From Clostridia bacterium (lineage in GTDB: Bacteria > Bacillota > Clostridia > JAAYHZ01): 64,000 bases of DNA. The position numbers and the translations under genes were made by a program. Under the pieces are notes generated by a model. The model searched no databases and was not told where the DNA came from. It saw nothing but the letters and a program-made list of their open reading frames with translations. Positions within the stretch are counted from its first letter, which is position 1. Every line of letters starts with the position of its first letter. The DNA lies in the NCBI GenBank assembly GCA_050950825.1, contig JBMNIH010000004.1:544001-608000 (forward strand), read 5' to 3'. This document shows, in pieces, positions 58,806 to 64,000 of the stretch.

Positions 58806-60014
58806 GTGATTACGACGGAATTGGTTAACGAGCTTTGCAATCGGGTAGGGGAAAATACGGACCTTTACACATCCATATCCGACGATGCCATACGAAGTAA
58901 AATTACCGAAGCGGTGATGGAAAAATCTCGACACATCCTTTTGTCGGCAAATGAAAAAATCGAATTGATTAATCTTGTTTTTAACAGAATGCGGGGTATG
59001 GATATCCTGCAGCCGCTTCTTGACAACGAGGAGATAACGGAAATTATGGTGAACGGACCCGACCGTATCTTTATCGAAAAGAAGGGCGGCATCGTTCCTG
59101 TTTCCGTCAAATGCGATGCCAAACAGCTGGAAGACATTATTCAAAAAATCGTTTCGTCGGTTAACCGAACGGTAAACGAAGCAAACCCCATATGCGATGC
59201 TCGATTAAAAGACGGGAGCCGTGTTCATGTGGTCATGAAGCCTTTGGCATTGAACGGTCCCATTTTGACCATAAGAAAATTCTCCAAAGCACCGATGGAC
59301 ATAAATACCCTCATATCCTACGGCACGATAACCGAAGAAGCCGCCGATACTCTTAAAAAATTGGTAGAAGCGAAATACAACATTTTCATATGCGGCGGGA
59401 CCGGATCCGGAAAAACCACATTTTTAAACGTTTTGTCCAATTTTATACCCAAAGACGAAAGAATCATTACCATTGAAGACACGGCAGAGCTGCAAATTAC
59501 CGGAGTCGCCAACCTGGTGCGATTGGAAACAAGAAACGCCAATCCCGACGGGGAAGGAGAGATTCGTATCCGAGATTTAATCCGAGCCGGCTTAAGAATG
59601 AGGCCGGACCGCATCGTGGTAGGCGAAGTGAGAGGTGAAGAAGCATTGGACATGCTCCAAGCGATGAATACGGGGCATGAGGGGTCGCTGTCGACGGGAC
59701 ACGGCAATTCCTGCAAGGATATGATCAGTCGATTGGAAACCATGGTGCTTACGGCAGCCCGGATGCCCGTTGAATCCATAAGGAAGCAGATTGCTTCCGC
59801 TTTGGATATTATGATTTTTCTGTCCAGAATGAAGGACAAGTCTCGTAAGGTGATGGAAGTATCCGAGGTGGCGGGCTATAAAGACGGGGAAGTCCTCTTA
59901 AATCCGTTATACAAATACGAGGTTTTAAAAGACGGTACCGGAAAGCTGGTCAGAACCGAAAACGATATGGTCAACAAAGACAAATTCATGATATACGGTT
60001 CGGGAATGATTTAG
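58806..60014 (+). CDS. tadA: TadA/CpaF pilus assembly ATPase
   Basis: EIMVNG, GGTGSGKTT, TIEDTAEL, LRMRPDRIVVGEVRG, MNTGH. Confidence 0.95.
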   Translation: MITTELVNELCNRVGENTDLYTSISDDAIRSKITEAVMEKSRHILLSANEKIELINLVFNRMRGMDILQPLLDNEEITEIMVNGPDRIFIEKKGGIVPVSVKCDAKQLEDIIQKIVSSVNRTVNEANPICDARLKDGSRVHVVMKPLALNGPILTIRKFSKAPMDINTLISYGTITEEAADTLKKLVEAKYNIFICGGTGSGKTTFLNVLSNFIPKDERIITIEDTAELQITGVANLVRLETRNANPDGEGEIRIRDLIRAGLRMRPDRIVVGEVRGEEALDMLQAMNTGHEGSLSTGHGNSCKDMISRLETMVLTAARMPVESIRKQIASALDIMIFLSRMKDKSRKVMEVSEVAGYKDGEVLLNPLYKYEVLKDGTGKLVRTENDMVNKDKFMIYGSGMI

Positions 60015-60040
60015 CCACAGCAAGGGTAGGAAGTTACGGT

Positions 60041-60808
60041 ATGGAAAAAAGAACTTTGGCAAAAAAGAAAATATATGATTCTTACGTTTTTTCAACCAAG
60101 GAGAAGCTGATGTACGGTGCGGCAGGGATGATCTTTACGTTTGCTATCGGATATATCTTTTACCGCCGTATCGGTTTTTCCGTTCTTTTGTCTTTCTTAG
60201 GGCTGTATTACTTGAAAATGAAGAAAAAGCAGTCGGTAAAAAAGCAAAAACAAGAGCTGAACGTCCAATTCAAGGATCTTCTGTACTTTTTATCAACCTC
60301 TTTATCGGCCGGAAGGTCGTTGGAAAATGCTTTCGAATCTTCCCTCGAATCGCTTCAAAGACTATACGGGCATGAAGAAAGCCATATCGTAGCGGAGGTT
60401 ATGATTATTCTGGGGAGGCTGAATATGGGGGATACCGTGGAGGAGTGCTTAATCGATTTTTCCAAAAGAGCGCGGATAGAAGATATTTCGAATTTCACGG
60501 ATGTTCTGGTTACCTGCAAACGAAAAGGAGGAAACGTAAATGAAGTTATCAGGAATGCATCGCGAGTCATAAAGGACCGGATTGAGATTATGCAGGAAAT
60601 CGAAATCATGTTGGCGGGAAAAAGAATGGAGCAAAGGATACTGGGTATATCTCCCGTAGCCCTAATCCTCTTGTTGTCATGGTTGGCCGAGGACTTTATG
60701 GCACCGGTTTTCAACAGCCTTTTAGGGCATACGGTAATGACCGTTGCTTTGGTTTTAATCGCTCTTGGCTATTTATGGTCGAAGAAAATCATGGATATAT
60801 CGGTATGA
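60041..60808 (+). CDS. tadB: TadB-like type II secretion system F family protein
   Basis: LSAGRSLENA, GGN motif, TM pattern; follows tadA. Confidence 0.85.
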   Translation: MEKRTLAKKKIYDSYVFSTKEKLMYGAAGMIFTFAIGYIFYRRIGFSVLLSFLGLYYLKMKKKQSVKKQKQELNVQFKDLLYFLSTSLSAGRSLENAFESSLESLQRLYGHEESHIVAEVMIILGRLNMGDTVEECLIDFSKRARIEDISNFTDVLVTCKRKGGNVNEVIRNASRVIKDRIEIMQEIEIMLAGKRMEQRILGISPVALILLLSWLAEDFMAPVFNSLLGHTVMTVALVLIALGYLWSKKIMDISV

Positions 60809-60822
60809 AAGGAGTAACAATC

Positions 60823-61707
60823 GTGACCTTTGTATCTTGGATTCTCTTGATTTTTGCCGTTCTGCTTACCGGTATCCTGCTGATTACGACGGGGCTATAC
60901 GGAAAAAAATACAAACCCTATATTCTCCCTCTTCGATCCGATGAATACTTAACGAAACCCTTGTTGCCCTATGGACTGTTTCTGCTGGATTTGATTTGGC
61001 GGGGACATCCCGGCGAATACGGCAAAAAGCTTCTGCGGAAAACCGGTTTTATATACGGCTTGGATTATGCTCCTTACTATTACCAAATCCATATGGCCGG
61101 CAAGCTTGTGTACATGACGGTGTTCGAAATCATTCTCTGCTTTTTTGGTATTGTTGCAAAGTCGGAACCGTTGTTTTTGGCTTTATTGATCCTATGCCCC
61201 GCCATTCTTTTCTTTTTGTGCGACCGAGTTTTAGACGAAATCGGCGAGAAAAGACTGCAGGAGATCCGTAAGGACTTTCCGGATTTCGTAGGGAAAATTA
61301 CGTTGTTGATGGGAGCGGGGCTCAATGTGCGTCAAACCTTTGAAAAGATCGGATCCGACAGCCTTAAAGACAGCCCTCTGTATGCGGAAATAAAAAGAAC
61401 GGTATCGGAATTGCAGTCGGGAAAATCCGAGATTGAGTGCTACCAAACGTTTGCGGAAAGAATTCGAATTCCGGAAGGGAATCGCTTAATCGGCATTATC
61501 ATACAAAACATTCGTATAGGAGGTGCCGCCATGCTTCGAGAGTTGGAATCGTTAAGCGGCGAGTGCTTGGCCGTAAGGAAAAACAACGCCTACCGATTGG
61601 CGGAGGAAGCGCAAGCCAAATTAATCTTTCCTATGATCCTCATGTTTATCGCCGTTTTGTTAACCGTTATGACACCGGCAATTCTCTCCATGAGGGGATT
61701 GATATAA
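60823..61707 (+). CDS. tadC: TadC-like type II secretion system F family protein
   Basis: DFPDF..LLMGAG, AEEAQAKLIFPM; start probably GTG 60823 (or ATG 60805). Confidence 0.85.
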   Translation: MTFVSWILLIFAVLLTGILLITTGLYGKKYKPYILPLRSDEYLTKPLLPYGLFLLDLIWRGHPGEYGKKLLRKTGFIYGLDYAPYYYQIHMAGKLVYMTVFEIILCFFGIVAKSEPLFLALLILCPAILFFLCDRVLDEIGEKRLQEIRKDFPDFVGKITLLMGAGLNVRQTFEKIGSDSLKDSPLYAEIKRTVSELQSGKSEIECYQTFAERIRIPEGNRLIGIIIQNIRIGGAAMLRELESLSGECLAVRKNNAYRLAEEAQAKLIFPMILMFIAVLLTVMTPAILSMRGLI

Positions 61708-61735
61708 AGACATATGAAATGGAGGATGAAGACCC

Positions 61736-61993
61736 ATGTCGACAAAACGAAAGAAAAATGAAATGCAAAAAAGGTACTCGGGAAAAAAAGCTTATCAAAT
61801 CAAAAACGTATTTACGGATAAACGCGGCATTAATACGGTAGAAATTATCATTATTCTTGCGGTTTTTATCGGACTGATTCTTTTGTTTAAAGACTATATA
61901 ACCGAATTCATACAAAAAGTATTCAGTACCATAAACCGAGATACGGACAGCATTTTAGGAATCATTTTTCCTGTCGTCAAAGGCAGGATGTAA
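61736..61993 (+). CDS. Flp1 family type IVb pilin
   Basis: DKRG-INTVEIIIILAVFIGL prepilin cleavage motif (G, E+5). Confidence 0.88.
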   Translation: MSTKRKKNEMQKRYSGKKAYQIKNVFTDKRGINTVEIIIILAVFIGLILLFKDYITEFIQKVFSTINRDTDSILGIIFPVVKGRM

Positions 61994-62010
61994 AAGATGA
62001 AAATTCGAGG

Positions 62011-62697
62011 ATGGCTATGGGTAAATTAGCATGCTTTCGAAAAAACCGTAAAAGTTTCGATACCGTGAGGAAAGTACTGAAAGAAAAAGAAGGTGTTGCA
62101 ATCATAGAAGCCGCCTATTTATATCCCGTCGTTATTCTTATCATAGCGGCCTTGTTGATAGCAGGCACGGTTTGGTATCAAAAAGCCTATTTTAAATCCT
62201 TGGTGAATCGTTCCGTTCAATCCATCTCCTTTTCGGTGACAAAACCGCCGAACGTCACGGCAAACTTAAACGAAAACGGTGCGAGCTTTCTTGATCTTCC
62301 CGTTTATTATTCCGTCGAAACGCTGAATGAACGAATCGAAAGAGAGGTTCGCAAAAACATGGAAAAAGGATTGGAACGCTATGTGATTTACTCTTTTAAC
62401 GAGCCGATAACGATCCGTACCCAAATCGTTAACCGTGTGTTTTACAAAGATCTTTTGGTGGAAGTGACCATACCCTGCAAGGTCCCTTTCGGGTTCTTGT
62501 TCGGAACGACCGACAGCGAAGGCAACCTTTTGTTTCATGAAAAGATATCCGTTTTACTACCGGCAACCGCGGAATTAGTTTGGCAAATCGATTTGGTTGA
62601 AGATTCATTGAAGCGATTGGGTTTGGATGATAAAAAAGATCAATTTATAGCAAGCTTAACGCGGCCTTTAAAAATGCTGTTGGAGAAAATGTATTGA
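62011..62697 (+). CDS. TadE family pseudopilin
   Basis: KEG-VAIIEAAYLYP motif. Confidence 0.82.
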   Translation: MAMGKLACFRKNRKSFDTVRKVLKEKEGVAIIEAAYLYPVVILIIAALLIAGTVWYQKAYFKSLVNRSVQSISFSVTKPPNVTANLNENGASFLDLPVYYSVETLNERIEREVRKNMEKGLERYVIYSFNEPITIRTQIVNRVFYKDLLVEVTIPCKVPFGFLFGTTDSEGNLLFHEKISVLLPATAELVWQIDLVEDSLKRLGLDDKKDQFIASLTRPLKMLLEKMY

Positions 62698-62716
62698 AAG
62701 TGCGGGAGAGAAGATC

Positions 62717-64000
62717 ATGTTTCAAAACGGTAAAAATCAAAACCGATGGAATCGGTCCGGGTCTATTACCGTATTTTTAGCCGCCGTTTTGGCAACGGTT
62801 ATCACTTTCACCGGCTGCATGATAGATCTTGCACGCATTAAGCTGGCAGAGGCTTATGTAAGCCGTGCAGCCCATGCGGCCGCTTACTCGGTTTTATCCG
62901 GGTTTCATAAGGATCTGGAAAGAGACTATGGCTTGATGGCGATATATGATAGCGATTCATTGATAAGTGAGGAAACGGTTTTACGTATTGTCGAGAACAA
63001 CTTAAACATACATACGGAAAAAGGCTTGGATCTTTACAATTTTAAAACGGAGAGTGTAAAGGTTATGCCAAAGGTTCATTTTTTGTATCCCGACACCGTA
63101 AAAAGCCAAGTCGTTACTTTCATGAAATACAGAGCGCCCATTGAAGTCGTCGACTCCATACTTGAACAGTTGGACCTGTTATCGCGACTTGATGTTACCG
63201 TGAAAGGCATGAACATCAAGATCAAATTCGAGAAGAAGATCAATAAATTGGAGAATCGCTTGATAAAGCTGGATCTTATAACGAAAAAGCTGTCTAAGTT
63301 CAATATGGATAGGATTAGCGGGTTCTCGTGGTACGAAGCCTACCGAATGCTGTTCGGTTATCGCGTGACCATGGAGTTAATCGATTATGTTCAAAACCAA
63401 TTAAGCCGAATTACAATACAAAAGAATGACGATCTTTATACGCTTCGATTGAAAATCGAAAGCTTCAATCGGTGGGTTGGGATTCTTAACGGTTCGGGAA
63501 TAGGACCGCTATCCTTCGTCCCTATACCGGATATTTCTATGGAGCCGGAGTCCGAAGCAAGGGATATGTTCATAAAGGAGCTGCAGGAGGGAATACAAGA
63601 AGCGAAAAGGCAAGTAGCCTTAGTTTATATTGACATGGACCGAGCTTTCCGTGCAGGACTTTCGGAAATGACGGACAAGCTTTTATGCTACATTTATGAC
63701 TGCCAAGATGCCGTAGCTTTGTGTAACGGGATTATAGCGGATTCTCAAGAAGCGGTGAAGCTGGCGAGAGAAGGGTTGGAGCTTCTTTCTCATGACAAAA
63801 CGCCGGTAGGGCAAGAAATGAAGTTGGAGTTTGAAAAGGCTCTTCGGTCTCTTCGAAAGGAGAATACGGAAAGACTAAAAGAGAATATATTGCATAACAA
63901 GGATTTGCTGTCCGGGCTGTTATCGGCGGTAAATAATATGGAGGAAGATGCAAAGGAAGTATTCCATCGGTCGGGCATATTGGATGTAGGCTTGGCATTA
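62717..64000 (+). CDS. TadG/TadE-like large pseudopilin (DUF5702-type), 3'-truncated by the window
   Basis: Frame from ATG 62717 appears open to the window end: RSGSITVFLAAV...IDLARI...SVLSGF...YGL. Confidence 0.75.
   Translation, partial: MFQNGKNQNRWNRSGSITVFLAAVLATVITFTGCMIDLARIKLAEAYVSRAAHAAAYSVLSGFHKDLERDYGLMAIYDSDSLISEETVLRIVENNLNIHTEKGLDLYNFKTESVKVMPKVHFLYPDTVKSQVVTFMKYRAPIEVVDSILEQLDLLSRLDVTVKGMNIKIKFEKKINKLENRLIKLDLITKKLSKFNMDRISGFSWYEAYRMLFGYRVTMELIDYVQNQLSRITIQKNDDLYTLRLKIESFNRWVGILNGSGIGPLSFVPIPDISMEPESEARDMFIKELQEGIQEAKRQVALVYIDMDRAFRAGLSEMTDKLLCYIYDCQDAVALCNGIIADSQEAVKLAREGLELLSHDKTPVGQEMKLEFEKALRSLRKENTERLKENILHNKDLLSGLLSAVNNMEEDAKEVFHRSGILDVGLAL

Overview
Chromosomal window of a low-GC Firmicute (Clostridia-like gene content). 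Core blocks: ctsR-mcsA-mcsB-clpC-radA (1-5.8 kb), smpB-ssrA, PP2C-PrkC-rsgA-rpe-thiN (33-38 kb), several hydrolase/envelope-stress genes and a tad/Flp pilus locus running off the right edge. An accessory zone (about 11.7-31.4 kb) holds a BlaI/BlaR1-like pair, a decayed ECF sigma locus, an IS3-family element with a 4-bp target duplication, tRNA-Ala(CGC), an IS256-family element and a 7.3-kb cryptic prophage integrated into the 3' end of tmRNA by a large serine recombinase. The prophage keeps only its lysogeny and probable defence module. The most striking observation is a roughly 170-nt non-coding rod-like hairpin shared by the two unrelated IS elements. It shows compensatory base changes, has G-T wobbles on one strand only, and carries a conserved TTGA(C/T)A-N17-TAGGCT promoter whose -10 box falls in the internal bubble. 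This resembles a single-stranded-DNA promoter/origin (Frpo/sso-like) or a passenger structured RNA. All product calls come from motif recognition by eye; no database searches were run.
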